From: Candidatus Eremiobacteria bacterium
Lineage (GTDB): Bacteria > Vulcanimicrobiota > Vulcanimicrobiia > Vulcanimicrobiales > Vulcanimicrobiaceae
Assembly (NCBI GenBank): GCA_963758295.1
Contig: CAVWUU010000001.1
Span: 192,001 to 256,000 of the forward strand
DNA: 64,000 nt
Reading direction: 5' to 3'
In this document: one piece after another, positions 29,207-43,375 of the stretch
Layout: the number at the start of each line of letters is the position of its first letter
Position numbering within the stretch: the first letter of the stretch is position 1
Translations under genes and position numbers: made by a program
The notes under the pieces: generated by a model
The model's database searches: none
What the model saw: the letters and a program-made list of their open reading frames with translations, nothing else
Told to the model about the DNA's origin: nothing

Positions 29207-30366
29207 CAACTATGAAGAAACTTTTGCGAGTAATGACGGTGTTCGGCACGCGGCCGGACACGATTAAAATGGCGCCGGTCGTTCATGCGCTCGACGCGCA
29301 TCCGGAGATCGAATCGATCGTGTGCGTTACGGCGCAGCACCGGCAGATGCTCGACGATTTGCTCGAGCTCTTCGCGATTACGCCGCAATACGACCTCGAC
29401 ATCATGACCCCGGACCAGACGCTGACGCAAATTACGACCCGCGTCCTCAACGGCATGGAGCCGGTACTCAAAGAAGCCAAGCCCGACGTGGTTCTCGTGC
29501 ATGGCGATACCACCACGAGTTCCTCTGCGTCACTTGCGGCGTTCTACCAGCAGATACCGGTGGGACACGTCGAAGCCGGTTTGCGCACCAGCGATCCTTG
29601 GCTTCCGTATCCGGAAGAAATGAACCGGCGCATCACGGGAACGATCGCTTCGTATCATTTCTCGCCCACGACGCTTGCGCGCGAGCATCTGCTGCGCGAA
29701 AACGTGAACGCCGAAGACATCATCGTTACCGGCAACACCGTCATCGATGCGTTCCTCGACACGGCGCACCGTGCGAATCTGCCCGCGCCGCCTCGCTGGA
29801 ACGAAATCGATCCGCTTCGCCCGCTGATCCTCGTCACCGCGCATCGCCGGGAAAACCACCCGCACATGCGCGAGATGTGCGAAGCCATGCGCGAGATCAC
29901 GCGGTTAGCGGAACGTCCGCAAATTTACTGGCCGGTACACCCGTCGCCTCACGTTAGGCCGGTCGCCTACGATGTTCTCGGCAACACCGAAGGCGCGATT
30001 CTCGTCGATCCGATCGACTACGCGCACATGGTTGCCGCCGTTAAAGCCTCGACGTTCGTGCTAACCGATTCCGGCGGACTTCAAGAAGAAGCGCCGTGCC
30101 TCGGAAAACCCGTGCTTGTCATGCGCGAGGAAACCGAACGTCCCGAGGGACTGGAAGCGGGCACGCTGGAGCTTGTGGGCCACGAGCGTGCAGCGATCGT
30201 CTCGGCGGCGCACCGTTTGCTCGGCGATGAAATCGAATACGCTCGGATGGCGCGCTCGGTGAATCCCTACGGCGACGGCCACGCGTCGTCGCGCATCGTC
30301 GCCTGGCTGCTCGCCCGCTTGCACGAGGGAGGCTATCCGGAGCCTTTCGGCCTCGTCGGATCGTGA
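29203..30366 (+). CDS. wecB: UDP-N-acetylglucosamine 2-epimerase
   Basis: FGTRP, HGDT, HVEAGLR, PEEMNR, HRREN and TDSGGLQEE motifs. Confidence 0.94.
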   Translation: MTTMKKLLRVMTVFGTRPDTIKMAPVVHALDAHPEIESIVCVTAQHRQMLDDLLELFAITPQYDLDIMTPDQTLTQITTRVLNGMEPVLKEAKPDVVLVHGDTTTSSSASLAAFYQQIPVGHVEAGLRTSDPWLPYPEEMNRRITGTIASYHFSPTTLAREHLLRENVNAEDIIVTGNTVIDAFLDTAHRANLPAPPRWNEIDPLRPLILVTAHRRENHPHMREMCEAMREITRLAERPQIYWPVHPSPHVRPVAYDVLGNTEGAILVDPIDYAHMVAAVKASTFVLTDSGGLQEEAPCLGKPVLVMREETERPEGLEAGTLELVGHERAAIVSAAHRLLGDEIEYARMARSVNPYGDGHASSRIVAWLLARLHEGGYPEPFGLVGS

Positions 30367-30545
30367 ACTCAGCCGCTCCTCTGATCGCCGCCGGCGGCAC
30401 GTTCGCCGGCAGTGCCCTAGCCGGACTGCTGATCGGCATCCTGATCGCCCAGCGAACCGGCTCGCAGCTTTGGGTCTTCACCGGATTGCTCGTGGGTCTC
30501 GGCCTCGGCGCTTACTCCGCCGTCCGCCTTTTGATGCGCTCCTAA
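30363..30545 (+). CDS. AtpZ/AtpI-family small membrane protein
   Basis: 60-aa two-TM Gly-rich protein at the head of the atp operon. Confidence 0.6.
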   Translation: MNSAAPLIAAGGTFAGSALAGLLIGILIAQRTGSQLWVFTGLLVGLGLGAYSAVRLLMRS

Positions 30546-31067
30546 ATGGGCGAAAAAGGGGACTCCCGCGAACCGGCGGGCGCGCAGTCCGGACGGGATG
30601 CGTTTGGACGAAGTGCCGGTTCAAACGAAGGGGTACCCGACGCGCAGAGCGGGTCGGGGTGGGAGGATACGGCTCCGCCCCAGCGTACCTACAGCGACGC
30701 CGAAGCGGCCGCCGATCTTGCGAGGTACTATCGCCTCAAGCGTTCGGTCTCGTTTCAGACCCTGATCGTCGTTGCGATCGTAGCGCTCCTTGGCGTCCAC
30801 TGGCTGCCGGTTCCGGCGCTCGCTCTGGCCGCCGGCGGTGTATGCGGCGTGTTGAACGCCTTGGTTACGATGCGTTCCGGCGAGCGGCTTGTCGAAAGCC
30901 GCAAAGTCGGAGGCTTCGTCTTAAGTAGTTTCCTTCGAATCGCAGTCTTCGGTATAGTCCCGGTGGCATTTGCCGCCATTGGACCCTGGTGGTCGATGGG
31001 TTGGTATTTCGCCGCATTCTTTCTCCCCATCGTGCTTTATGGAATAGAACTTCAAAAAGCGCGGTAG
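30546..31067 (+). CDS. atpI: ATP synthase protein I
   Basis: Four-TM protein with G...G.LN and FLR motifs, upstream of atpB; start uncertain. Confidence 0.65.
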   Translation: MGEKGDSREPAGAQSGRDAFGRSAGSNEGVPDAQSGSGWEDTAPPQRTYSDAEAAADLARYYRLKRSVSFQTLIVVAIVALLGVHWLPVPALALAAGGVCGVLNALVTMRSGERLVESRKVGGFVLSSFLRIAVFGIVPVAFAAIGPWWSMGWYFAAFFLPIVLYGIELQKAR

Positions 31068-31102
31068 GAGTATGTGGGCCGGAGAGGGCCTTTTTTTAGA
31101 AT

Positions 31103-31834
31103 ATGCACGAGCAAATCGGCGAGCATTTCCTGTGGAATCTGCCGTTCATCGGAACGGTCCACGCGGATACCATCATGACGACATGGGTCGTGATGGTCGT
31201 TTCGTTGATTTTCTTCGCGTGGATCGGTGCGAGTTACCGTTCGGCTTACGTAACTAAGCGTCAAACGGTCATCGAAGCTACCGTTAATTACATCAGCGAT
31301 CTCGCGCTCAGCACCCTCGGCGAAAAAGGCGAACCGTTCGTTCCGTTCTTTATCGCGCTCTTCGTCTTCATCTTTTTGCTGAACCAGTTCGGTATGTTCC
31401 CGTTCAAGGTGCTGGGCCTGCCCTTCGGCGGCTCTCCGACGGCGGACTTGAATACGACGGTACCGCTCGCGCTCATCGTCTTCTTCTTGACGTGGATCGC
31501 CGGCATTCGCCAGAACGGTCTCAAGCAGTTCTTGCACGTGACGAAGCCGATGTGGGCGCTCACGCCGATCAACATCCTGGAAGAGCTGGCGCGTCCTGCG
31601 ACGCTTGCCGCCCGTTTGTTCTTCAACATCTTCGTTGGTGAACTGCTGTTCATCATCATCGCCTCGATCGTGACGGCGCACGTGAAGGTGGGCAGCTTCG
31701 ATCTGTCGCTCGCGGTGACGGTCGTCCCGTTCTTAGTTCAGTTTTTCAACTTCTTCGTTGGAACAATCCAAGCGTTCGTATTCACGCTGCTCGCGATCGT
31801 TTATCTATCGCTCGCGACGGCGGAAGACCACTAA
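31103..31834 (+). CDS. atpB: F0F1 ATP synthase subunit a
   Basis: PTADLNTT, LAARLFFNI and IQAFVFTLL motifs. Confidence 0.95.
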   Translation: MHEQIGEHFLWNLPFIGTVHADTIMTTWVVMVVSLIFFAWIGASYRSAYVTKRQTVIEATVNYISDLALSTLGEKGEPFVPFFIALFVFIFLLNQFGMFPFKVLGLPFGGSPTADLNTTVPLALIVFFLTWIAGIRQNGLKQFLHVTKPMWALTPINILEELARPATLAARLFFNIFVGELLFIIIASIVTAHVKVGSFDLSLAVTVVPFLVQFFNFFVGTIQAFVFTLLAIVYLSLATAEDH

Positions 31835-31854
31835 AGTCTAGAAAGGTACTCGAG

Positions 31855-32130
31855 TTGACTTCTGAAGCATTGGTTGCAGGCCTTACGATCTTGGCCTTCG
31901 GCCTCATCATTGCCGGCGTTGCGTTCGGCTCCGCCATCGGCGACGGCATCGTTGCCAGCAAAGCGGTTGAAGCGATTGCGCGTCAGCCGGAAGCCCGCCC
32001 GAACATCTTCACGTTCTTGTTCCTCGGCGTCGGCGTCTTGGAAGCGTTCCCGATCATCGCGCTCGGTCTCGGCTTCTACTTGCTACTCGTCGTAGCGAAC
32101 GTTCCGAACCTGCTCACGCATCTCCACTAA
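31855..32130 (+). CDS. atpE: F0F1 ATP synthase subunit c
   Basis: ARQPE loop and carboxylate in VLEAFP; TTG start after AAGG. Confidence 0.95.
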   Translation: MTSEALVAGLTILAFGLIIAGVAFGSAIGDGIVASKAVEAIARQPEARPNIFTFLFLGVGVLEAFPIIALGLGFYLLLVVANVPNLLTHLH

Positions 32131-32154
32131 CACGCTTTAGCCAAAGGCGCACGC

Positions 32155-32583
32155 ATGTTTCTTCAGCTCGACGGCACGTTCTGGATTCAGCTCATCAACT
32201 TCGCGATTTTCTTCGCGTTGTTGAACGTGCTGTTCTTGCGTCCGGTGAGCCGTGCAATCCGCCAACGCCGCGAGTACATCAACAGCGTTACCGCGGATTA
32301 CGACCGGTATCAGGGCGAAGCCAAGGCGTTGCGCGCGCAGGCTGAGGACGTTCGGCTCGGAGCGCGCCGTCAAGCCGAGGCGACGATCGCCAAGGCGCGA
32401 GCCGATGCTTCGAATCAAGCGGCACAGTTGGCAACGCAGTATAATGCGCAGGCTCAGTCGACGATCGAAAGCGCACAAGCGACGGTCGCAAGCGAACTCC
32501 AAGCGGCGCGTTCCAATGAATCCGACCTCGTCAAGCAGCTCGCCGACCTGATGGTGCAGCGCACGGTATCGGAGGCCGGCTAA
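32155..32583 (+). CDS. F0F1 ATP synthase subunit b'
   Basis: N-terminal TM QLINFAIF followed by coiled coil; first of two b-type genes. Confidence 0.85.
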   Translation: MFLQLDGTFWIQLINFAIFFALLNVLFLRPVSRAIRQRREYINSVTADYDRYQGEAKALRAQAEDVRLGARRQAEATIAKARADASNQAAQLATQYNAQAQSTIESAQATVASELQAARSNESDLVKQLADLMVQRTVSEAG

Positions 32584-33078
32584 ATGTTGAACTACGAAGA
32601 GATCGCCAAGTGGAGCGATATCGTTTCGGCGATTCTGTTTATCGCCGTGTTGGTATGGCTCTGGGTCAAGTTCATTCAACCTGCGATCGTTGCGGCTCAG
32701 CAGAATAAGAACAAGCAAATTGCCGAAGCTGAACGTCATCGCGACGAAGCCAAGGCGACGCTCGAATCGCTCCGCACGGAAATTCAAGGCGCGCAGCGCG
32801 ACGCCGAATTAATCCGTCACCGCGCCGACGACCAGGCGAAACGCGAAGCTGAGGCGATCGTCGCCGAAACGCGTGAGGCGGGTGAACGCACTCTGCGTAA
32901 CGCAAGCGGCGAACTCGATCGCGCTCGCGCGGCCGCTCGCCGGCAGTTCCGCGACCAACTCGCGGAAGCGGCCCTTGCGCTCGCGCGCAAGAACGCCGAA
33001 GAGCGCGTGGATGGCAGCGTAAACGCGGGTCTCGTGCAGCGGTTCGTCTCTTCTTTGGAACGCGGTGGTCTGAACTAA
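32584..33078 (+). CDS. atpF: F0F1 ATP synthase subunit b
   Basis: N-terminal TM plus coiled coil, between b' and delta. Confidence 0.85.
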   Translation: MLNYEEIAKWSDIVSAILFIAVLVWLWVKFIQPAIVAAQQNKNKQIAEAERHRDEAKATLESLRTEIQGAQRDAELIRHRADDQAKREAEAIVAETREAGERTLRNASGELDRARAAARRQFRDQLAEAALALARKNAEERVDGSVNAGLVQRFVSSLERGGLN

Positions 33079-33620
33079 TGGCAAACGAAACGCTCGCCCG
33101 CCGCTATGCCACCGCCGTCTTCTCGCTTGCGAGCGAAAACGGCTCGACCGAACGCGTCGGCAAGGATCTCTCGGTGATGGCGAAGGCGATCAACGAAGAC
33201 ACCGCCACCAAGGAATTTTTCGTGGCGCCGATCGTCGACCGTGGCGATAAAGAAAAAGCGCTCTTCGCCGCCTTCAACGGGAAGGTCGACGAAGTGGCGC
33301 TTAACACGCTGCTGTTGCTGGTGCGCAAGCGCCGGGAAACGTTGTTGGACCAACTGCTTGCCGAGTACCGCAAGCTTGAACTCCAAGCGCGCGGCGCGGA
33401 ACCGCTTACGATTACCACGGCGCGCGAACTGCCGCAGAGCGAGCTTCGCTCGATGGTCGAGCGCCTGGAGCAGCTCTACAAGAAGAAATTTGACGTTACC
33501 GTGCGCCGCGATGCATCGCTCATCGGTGGTGTACGCATTGCGATGGGCGATCGTTTAATCGACGGCACCGTCGCCGGACGCTTGGAAGAACTGTCGCGAA
33601 CGCTGTTCGCCACCAATTAG
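33078..33620 (+). CDS. atpH: F0F1 ATP synthase subunit delta
   Basis: ARRYATA and LIGG...GDRLIDGT motifs. Confidence 0.93.
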   Translation: MANETLARRYATAVFSLASENGSTERVGKDLSVMAKAINEDTATKEFFVAPIVDRGDKEKALFAAFNGKVDEVALNTLLLLVRKRRETLLDQLLAEYRKLELQARGAEPLTITTARELPQSELRSMVERLEQLYKKKFDVTVRRDASLIGGVRIAMGDRLIDGTVAGRLEELSRTLFATN

Positions 33621-33651
33621 TAAAATGAAAACAAATCGGAGCGCCTTTTAA

Positions 33652-35150
33652 ATGATTAACGCTGACGAAATCGCCGGAATCCTGAAGCAGCAAATTGCCG
33701 GCTTCAAGGGTCAAGTTCAAGAAGACGAAGTTGGGACCGTCATCGAGGTCGGTGCAAATCTTGCGCGCGTCTACGGACTGCGCGGAGTGCGCGCATCCGA
33801 GCTGGTCGAGTTCGGCAACGGCCTCTTGGGCGTTGCGCTCAACCTCGAAGAAGACAACGTCGGCGTCGTCATCATGGGCGACGACGAAGACATCAAGGAA
33901 GGCGACAAAGTCCGCCGCACGGGACGCATCGCGTCCGTGCCGGTAGGCGAAGCGCTTCTTGGACGTGTCGTCAACCCGCTCGGCCAGCCGGTCGACGGCA
34001 AAGGGCCGATCAACACCAGCAAGTTCCGCACGATCGAAAACGTCGCGCCCTCCGTCGTTGAACGTCAACCGGTCAAACAGTCGCTGGCGACCGGTATTCG
34101 TGCCATCGACGCCTTGATTCCGATCGGCAAGGGCCAGCGAGAACTCATTATCGGCGACCGGTCGACGGGCAAAACGGCGATCGCCATCGACACGATTCTC
34201 AATCAAAAGGGCCGCAACGTTTTCTGCATCTACGTCGCCATCGGTCAAAAGAATTCGACCATCGCGGCATTGCAGCAAATTCTCGAACAGCGCGGCGCGA
34301 TGGATTACACGACGATCGTTACGGTCGGTCCGTCGGAAGCCGCAGCGCTTCGCTGGATCGCGCCGTTCGCCGGCGCGGCGATGGGCGAAGAACTTATGTA
34401 CGGCGGTAAAGACGTCCTCATCATTTACGATGACCTCACGAAGCACGCGCAGTCGTACCGCGAAATGGCGCTTCTGCTGCGCCGTCCGCCGGGGCGCGAA
34501 GCGTATCCGGGCGACGTCTTCTTCTTGCACTCGCGTTTGCTGGAACGCGCGGCCAAACTCTCCGACGAGCTGGGCGGCGGCTCTATGACGGCGCTTCCGA
34601 TCATCGAAACGCAAGCCGGAGATTTCTCGGCGTATATTCCGACCAACGTGATTTCGATTACCGACGGTCAGATCTATCTCACGCCGAGCCTGTTCTTCCA
34701 AGGCATCCGTCCTGCGGTCGACGTCGGTCTTTCGGTGTCGCGCGTTGGCAGTTCGGCGCAGACCAAGGCGATGAAGTCGGTCGCCGGCCAATTGAAGCTC
34801 GAGCTGGCGCAGTATCGCGATCTTGCGGCTTTTGCGAAACTCGCAAGCGACCTCGACAAAGCGACGCAGATGCAGCTGCTGCGCGGTGAAAAGCTCACCG
34901 AGCTCCTCAAGCAGCCGCAGTATCAGCCGCAGGCGATCGAAGATCAAGTCGCGGTGCTCTACGGCGCCACCAAAGGCTTCGTGAACGACATAGCGACGAG
35001 CCGCTTGCAGAACTGGGCGCAAGGCTTCATCGGCTTCCTCCACGAGAAGCACGCTTCCATCACGAACTCGATCGCGGAGAGCGGCCAGCTTTCGGACGAC
35101 GTGAAGAAAGAGCTAGACGCCGCGCTCACGGAATTCAATAAGAGCTTCTA

Positions 35151-35151
<1 letters not shown>
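33652..35151 (+). CDS. atpA: F0F1 ATP synthase subunit alpha
   Basis: [26 protein letters not shown] and SVSRVG motifs. Confidence 0.98.
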
Positions 35152-37530
<2,379 letters not shown>

Positions 37531-37533
37531 TCG

Positions 37534-37944
37534 ATGGCGCATACGATCCCGTTCAAGCTCATCACGCCGACGAAGATCGCCTTCGAGGGCGATGCGGAGC
37601 TCGTGATCGCGGTCACCACCGAAGGCGAAGAGGGCATCCTTCCCTCGCACGCGCCGTTTCTTGCGGCGCTGAAGCCGGGCGTGCTGCGAGCCAACGTCGT
37701 TGAAGCCGGCGGCGACAAACGCCTGGAGCTGGCGACGAGTGAAGGCTTCATGCAGGCGCTGCCGGACCGCATTACGGTACTCGTGGATGCGGCACTGGCC
37801 TTCGAGGACGTGGATGTTGCCGGGACGCGGGAAGAACTCGCGATCGCAACCGAGCGTCAGAAGAATGCAAGCGGGGAAGAGTTCGCGCGAGAGCAAGCGA
37901 TCATCGACTTCGCCAACGCAAAACTGCGTTTAACGGGTCACTAG
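37534..37944 (+). CDS. atpC: F0F1 ATP synthase subunit epsilon
   Basis: ITP, GILPSHAP and GF motifs; last gene of the operon. Confidence 0.93.
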   Translation: MAHTIPFKLITPTKIAFEGDAELVIAVTTEGEEGILPSHAPFLAALKPGVLRANVVEAGGDKRLELATSEGFMQALPDRITVLVDAALAFEDVDVAGTREELAIATERQKNASGEEFAREQAIIDFANAKLRLTGH

Positions 37945-37948
37945 TATC

Positions 37949-38032
37949 GTCACCCTGAGCTGGTCGAAGGGCAGGCGCATCACCCGTCTGCTACGGCGAT
38001 ATGCGCCCGTGCTTCGACAATCTCACCATGAC
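37949..38032. repeat. REP-like palindromic element
   Basis: GTCACCCTGAGCTGGTCGAAG pairs imperfectly with CTTCGACAATCTCACCATGAC, with an inner GGCGCAT/ATGCGCC stem. Confidence 0.7.
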
Positions 38033-38117
38033 AAAGAAAGCCGCTAGATTCCGGCGGAATACGGCCGAAAATATAAGCGGGGCGCACTCATGCGCCCCGC
38101 GAACGTTTTGTGACGGG

Positions 38118-39473
38118 ATGCTCGATCGCTTAGAAACCACGCTGCGCGTCCGCGGCGGATCTCGGTTAGAAGGCTCGGTTGCAACGCATGGCGCGAAAAA
38201 CGCCGCGTTGCCGATCATGGCTGCTGCATTGCTGGCGAAGGGCACCGTTACGCTGCGCCGCGTGCCTCGCATTACCGACGTCTCCGTAATGTGGTCGTTG
38301 CTCGAAGCGCTTGGCGCTCGCATCCGCTACGAAACCGATAACACCGTAACGATCGACTCGAGCAACGTTGCGTCGTATCGCGCACCGTACACGCTCGTCC
38401 GCAAACTCGCCGCTTCGTTCGACATCGTCGGACCGCTGCTCGGCCGGTTCGGCCGCGCCGAAGTGCCGTTGCCCGGCGGCTGCGTGCTCGGGACGCGCGC
38501 AACGGACATGCACGAGCAGGCTTTTGCGGCGCTCGGCTGCGACGTTCGCAACGCGCACGGCTACCTGATCGCCGAAAGCAAACAATCACGCTTGCAAGGC
38601 GGCTCGATCGAATTTCGCATTCCGAGCGTCGGCGCAACGAAGAACGCAATGCTTGCGGCGGTGCTCGCCGACGGCACGACGACGATTACCAACGCCGCGA
38701 TGGAACCCGAAGTTACGGATCTCGCGAACTTTCTCAATGCCATGGGCGGACGCGTGCAAGGCGCCGGCACCGACGTCATTCGCATCGACGGCGTTGCCGA
38801 ATTGCATGGCGGCGAATACGAAATCATTCCCGATCGCATCGTCACGGGAACGCTGTTGCTTTGCGGACTGGCGACGCGCGGCGACGTAACGGTTACGAGC
38901 TGCCGCCCCGACCATCTCGAAGCGTTCATGATGAAGCTGCAAGAGTGCGGCGTCGACCTTACGTACGGTGACGACTGGGTTCGCGTAGACGGCGGCACGA
39001 TCACCGGCGGCACCGATATTCTCACCGCACCGCATCCGGGTTTTCCAACGGATCTGCAGCCGCAGATGGTGTCGTTTTTGTGCACCGTTCCGGGCACGAG
39101 CGTCGTCGAGGAATCGATTTTCAACGCGCGCTTCTCGTACGTCAACGAACTCGCGCGCATGGGTGCCGACGTTCGCGTCTCGATGGAAAGTAATACCGCC
39201 GTCGTTAAAGGCGTAACGCAGCTTTCCGGCGCGCCCGTGGAGGCGCCCGATATTCGTGCGGGCGCGGCCCTCGTCGTGGCGGGTTTGGCAGCAGCAGGCG
39301 AGACCGAAATCATCGGCCTCGAGTACATAGATCGCGGCTACGAGCGCTTGGAAGAAATGTTATCTTCGCTTGGCGCGCAAGTGCAACGCAGCAGCGGCGT
39401 AACGCCGTTGACGGAGCCTGCGGGCCTTTTCGAAACGCGCGAATATCCACGCATCGGCTCGGCGGCGAGCTAA
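38118..39473 (+). CDS. murA: UDP-N-acetylglucosamine 1-carboxyvinyltransferase
   Basis: GAKNAALP, LPGGC.LG.R, SVGAT, PDRI, PGFPTDLQ and DIRAGAAL motifs; start set at 38118. Confidence 0.95.
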   Translation: MLDRLETTLRVRGGSRLEGSVATHGAKNAALPIMAAALLAKGTVTLRRVPRITDVSVMWSLLEALGARIRYETDNTVTIDSSNVASYRAPYTLVRKLAASFDIVGPLLGRFGRAEVPLPGGCVLGTRATDMHEQAFAALGCDVRNAHGYLIAESKQSRLQGGSIEFRIPSVGATKNAMLAAVLADGTTTITNAAMEPEVTDLANFLNAMGGRVQGAGTDVIRIDGVAELHGGEYEIIPDRIVTGTLLLCGLATRGDVTVTSCRPDHLEAFMMKLQECGVDLTYGDDWVRVDGGTITGGTDILTAPHPGFPTDLQPQMVSFLCTVPGTSVVEESIFNARFSYVNELARMGADVRVSMESNTAVVKGVTQLSGAPVEAPDIRAGAALVVAGLAAAGETEIIGLEYIDRGYERLEEMLSSLGAQVQRSSGVTPLTEPAGLFETREYPRIGSAAS

Positions 39474-39498
39474 GAAACAACGTTCCACAGTACACTAG

Positions 39499-40497
<999 letters not shown>

Positions 40498-40516
40498 GAA
40501 TAGAGGGAACCCAACT

Positions 40517-40571
40517 GAGGCGTCGAGCTGCGGGCAGCTCAGCCGAGGCGTCGTAGCTGCGGGCGGCTCAG
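40517..40571. repeat. two-copy tandem 26-27 bp hairpin-forming repeat
   Basis: GAGGCGTCGAGCTGCGGGCAGCTCAG followed by GAGGCGTCGTAGCTGCGGGCGGCTCAG. Confidence 0.7.
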
Positions 40572-40595
40572 GCTCAAGTGGGTACGACCCATGCA

Positions 40596-41261
40596 ATGAG
40601 CATTCGAGCGGTGATCGATGCGCGTACCGAGCGCATCGAGCATGTCGTGGAAGAGTGCGCTCGCGTTATCTTTGCGGGCGGCACGATCATCTTCCCGAAC
40701 GACACAAGTTACGGCATTGCGTGCGACCCGTATCGCTCCGAAGCGATCGATCGGGTCTACGGCGCGAAGGGCCGTCCCGATGACAAGCCGCTCACGCTGC
40801 ACGTGGCAACGCCTTCGGAGTTTCTCGAGTACGCGCGCGAAAATTCACACGCGATTCTGGCCTCCAAGCGCTTGCTGCCCGGTCCGGTCACGCTCGTCGT
40901 GCGCAAACCGCCGTTCGTCAGCGACGAGCTGACCGCCGGGATGCCCACGCTGGGCTTTCGCGTCCCGGATGAACCGCTTGCGCGCGCAATCTTGGATCGT
41001 TGTGGTCCGCTCGCGGTTTCGAGCGCGAATCCGAGCGGTGAAACACCGTACCGCGGTAACGACGGCCAAGCAGCCGATCTTCCACCTGCCGATTTGCTAA
41101 TCGAGCATGGTCCGACCCGCTACGACCTCGAATCATCGATCGTGGACTTAACGGTCAACCCGCCGCGCCTTCTTCGCGAAGGCGCCGTCTCGCTCGAACG
41201 GCTCTCGGAACTGCTGGGGCCCGTGGAACGTCATACGATTAAGGTACGCACGCAATCATGA
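40596..41261 (+). CDS. tsaC: L-threonylcarbamoyladenylate synthase (TsaC/Sua5 YrdC domain)
   Basis: P.DTSYGI, KGRP.DKPL, PGPVT, SSANPSG and SSIVD motifs. Confidence 0.9.
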   Translation: MSIRAVIDARTERIEHVVEECARVIFAGGTIIFPNDTSYGIACDPYRSEAIDRVYGAKGRPDDKPLTLHVATPSEFLEYARENSHAILASKRLLPGPVTLVVRKPPFVSDELTAGMPTLGFRVPDEPLARAILDRCGPLAVSSANPSGETPYRGNDGQAADLPPADLLIEHGPTRYDLESSIVDLTVNPPRLLREGAVSLERLSELLGPVERHTIKVRTQS

Positions 41262-41947
41262 TTCGATCCATCGCCCCGCTCGCGCTGGCCGTTGTGGCGT
41301 TGCTCGCCGCCACGCCGAAACCGTCTCCCGCGCCGTCCGGCGGCAGCGGGACGAATTTCGACGTAGGCGCGTGGCACGTCCAGGCATCGCTCCTCGACGT
41401 CAGTTTCAAAACCGGCGATTTCAGCACGCCCAATCAAGTGACGATGACGCGGGAAGGCGGCGATATCACGGCAGATCGCGCGACCGGCAACTACAAGACG
41501 AAGAACGCGACGCTCGTCGGACACGTGGTCATGCACGACAGCCAGGGGAATTTCGCGGGGCTCTCGTCGACAACGCCGTCGAATTCCCGGGGGCCTTCGA
41601 CGTTGACCGCGGATCGAGTGCAAATCGACGGGCTGGCCAAGCAGTATGCGGCCACCGGCCACGTCCATTACGTGCAAGCCGATACTACGGTCGATGCCGA
41701 TAAAGGCACGCTAAACGATGCACAGCACGACCTGTACCTCGAAGGCAACGTGCACATCAATCAAGGCGATCGCACGATGGTCGCCGGTCGCGTGCGCTAC
41801 AACACGATTAGCGGTCAAGCGCACGCGCAAGACAACGTAACGATGCAATTCCCAAGCGAAATCAACCCGCACATCGCGACGCCGAGGCCCATCAAGATTC
41901 ACAACCCGCTGCAAAAAGCGACGCCGCAGCCATCGGCTAAGCCATAA
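41258..41947 (+). CDS. LptA/OstA-like beta-jellyroll periplasmic protein
   Basis: Signal peptide and repeated TAD...GHV/GNV strands. Confidence 0.65.
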   Translation: MIRSIAPLALAVVALLAATPKPSPAPSGGSGTNFDVGAWHVQASLLDVSFKTGDFSTPNQVTMTREGGDITADRATGNYKTKNATLVGHVVMHDSQGNFAGLSSTTPSNSRGPSTLTADRVQIDGLAKQYAATGHVHYVQADTTVDADKGTLNDAQHDLYLEGNVHINQGDRTMVAGRVRYNTISGQAHAQDNVTMQFPSEINPHIATPRPIKIHNPLQKATPQPSAKP

Positions 41948-41957
41948 AGTAGAGTCT

Positions 41958-43244
41958 ATGGAACCGACGCTCTTCGGTGCGCAAATGCCGCAAACCAAGG
42001 CGTCGCGGGAGCCCGCCGCAGATGCGCCTCTTGCCGCCCGCATGCGGCCGCGAACGCTCGACGAGTACGTCGGACAAGGCGATATCGTGGGTCCGGGTCG
42101 TGCCTTGCGCCGCGCGATCGAAAGCGACCGCGTGCCGTCGATGATTCTTTGGGGACCGCCGGGGACCGGAAAGACGACGCTTGCAGAGATTGTCGCGCGT
42201 TCGACCGGATCGCATTTCTCGCAGCTTTCTGCCGTAAGCGCCGGCGTGGCCGATTTGCGCAAGGTCGTAGCAGAAGCGCAGGCGAGAAAGAAACTCAGCC
42301 AGCGGAGCGTGCTCTTCGTCGATGAGATCCATCGCTTCAACAAAGCGCAACAAGACGCGGTCCTTCCCTATGTCGAGGACGGAACGGTGACCCTCATCGG
42401 AGCGACGACGGAAAATCCGTCGTTCGAAGTAAACTCCGCGTTGCTTTCACGCGCGCGTGTTTTTGTTTTGAAACAGCTTGGGGACGAAGAGATCGCAGCG
42501 ATCGTCGATCGTGCGTTAAACGATGACGCTCGCGGGCTGGGTGCAATGCATGTCCGGGTTGATGCGGATGGGCGCGAAACGCTGATCCGTTATGCAAACG
42601 GCGATGCGCGTACCGCATTGAACGCGCTCGAATTCGCTGCGCAGACGGCGCCCGAACGCGACGGTGCGCGCACGATCGATAAAGCGCTTGTCATGGAAGC
42701 GTTGCAAAAGCGCGGGTCGACCTATGACAAGGGCGGCGAACAACACTACGATACGATCAGTGCATTCATCAAGAGCATCCGCGCGAGCGATCCGGATGCG
42801 GCCGTATATTGGCTTGCGCGAATGATAGACGGCGGTGAAGACGGCTTATTTATCGCCCGGCGGCTTGTCATTCTCGCATCCGAAGACGTGGGTCTCGCCG
42901 ATCCGCAAGGCATCCAGGTCGCAATGGCCGCGCAACAAGCGGTGCACTTCGTCGGTATGCCCGAAGGCTTCTATCCCCTTGCGCAGGCGACGTTGTATTT
43001 GGCCAAGGCTCGAAAGAGCAATAGTGTGGGCCGCGCCTACGGGGCTGCGATGCGGGACGTTCAGGAAACGCGAAATGATCCGGTGCCTTTGCATCTTCGC
43101 AACGCACCGACCGGTCTCATGAAAGAGCTAGGGTACGGCCGCGACTACCACTACGCGCACGATGATTATGGTGTGAAACAAGACAATCTGCCGGAAAATT
43201 TGAAGGGCCGCCGTTACTACGAAGCCGGCGAAAACGACGCCTAA
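41958..43244 (+). CDS. rarA: replication-associated recombination protein A
   Basis: [38 protein letters not shown] and [10 protein letters not shown] motifs. Confidence 0.95.
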   Translation: MEPTLFGAQMPQTKASREPAADAPLAARMRPRTLDEYVGQGDIVGPGRALRRAIESDRVPSMILWGPPGTGKTTLAEIVARSTGSHFSQLSAVSAGVADLRKVVAEAQARKKLSQRSVLFVDEIHRFNKAQQDAVLPYVEDGTVTLIGATTENPSFEVNSALLSRARVFVLKQLGDEEIAAIVDRALNDDARGLGAMHVRVDADGRETLIRYANGDARTALNALEFAAQTAPERDGARTIDKALVMEALQKRGSTYDKGGEQHYDTISAFIKSIRASDPDAAVYWLARMIDGGEDGLFIARRLVILASEDVGLADPQGIQVAMAAQQAVHFVGMPEGFYPLAQATLYLAKARKSNSVGRAYGAAMRDVQETRNDPVPLHLRNAPTGLMKELGYGRDYHYAHDDYGVKQDNLPENLKGRRYYEAGENDA

Positions 43245-43250
43245 ACCGGA

Positions 43251-43285
43251 AATAAAAAAGCGGCCCGGGTGGTGGCCCGGACCGC
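43251..43285 (-). terminator. intrinsic terminator reading on the minus strand
   Basis: Minus strand GCGGTCCGGG-CCACCA-CCCGGGCCGC-TTTTTTATT; the stem has a G-U wobble only in this orientation. Confidence 0.7.
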
Positions 43286-43375
43286 GTTCCCGTTGCTACT
43301 TCTCGGAGTGTGCAATGGAGCTTCGCACAACCATCATGGTAGACACGCTTCTTGATAACTCTCTGTGAATATTAG

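Noticed and set aside
38460..38520. Fosfomycin-resistant MurA
   Set aside because: The active-site Cys (LPGGC) is retained
40515..40577. Possible mini-CRISPR
   Set aside because: Only two units, no spacer and no cas genes
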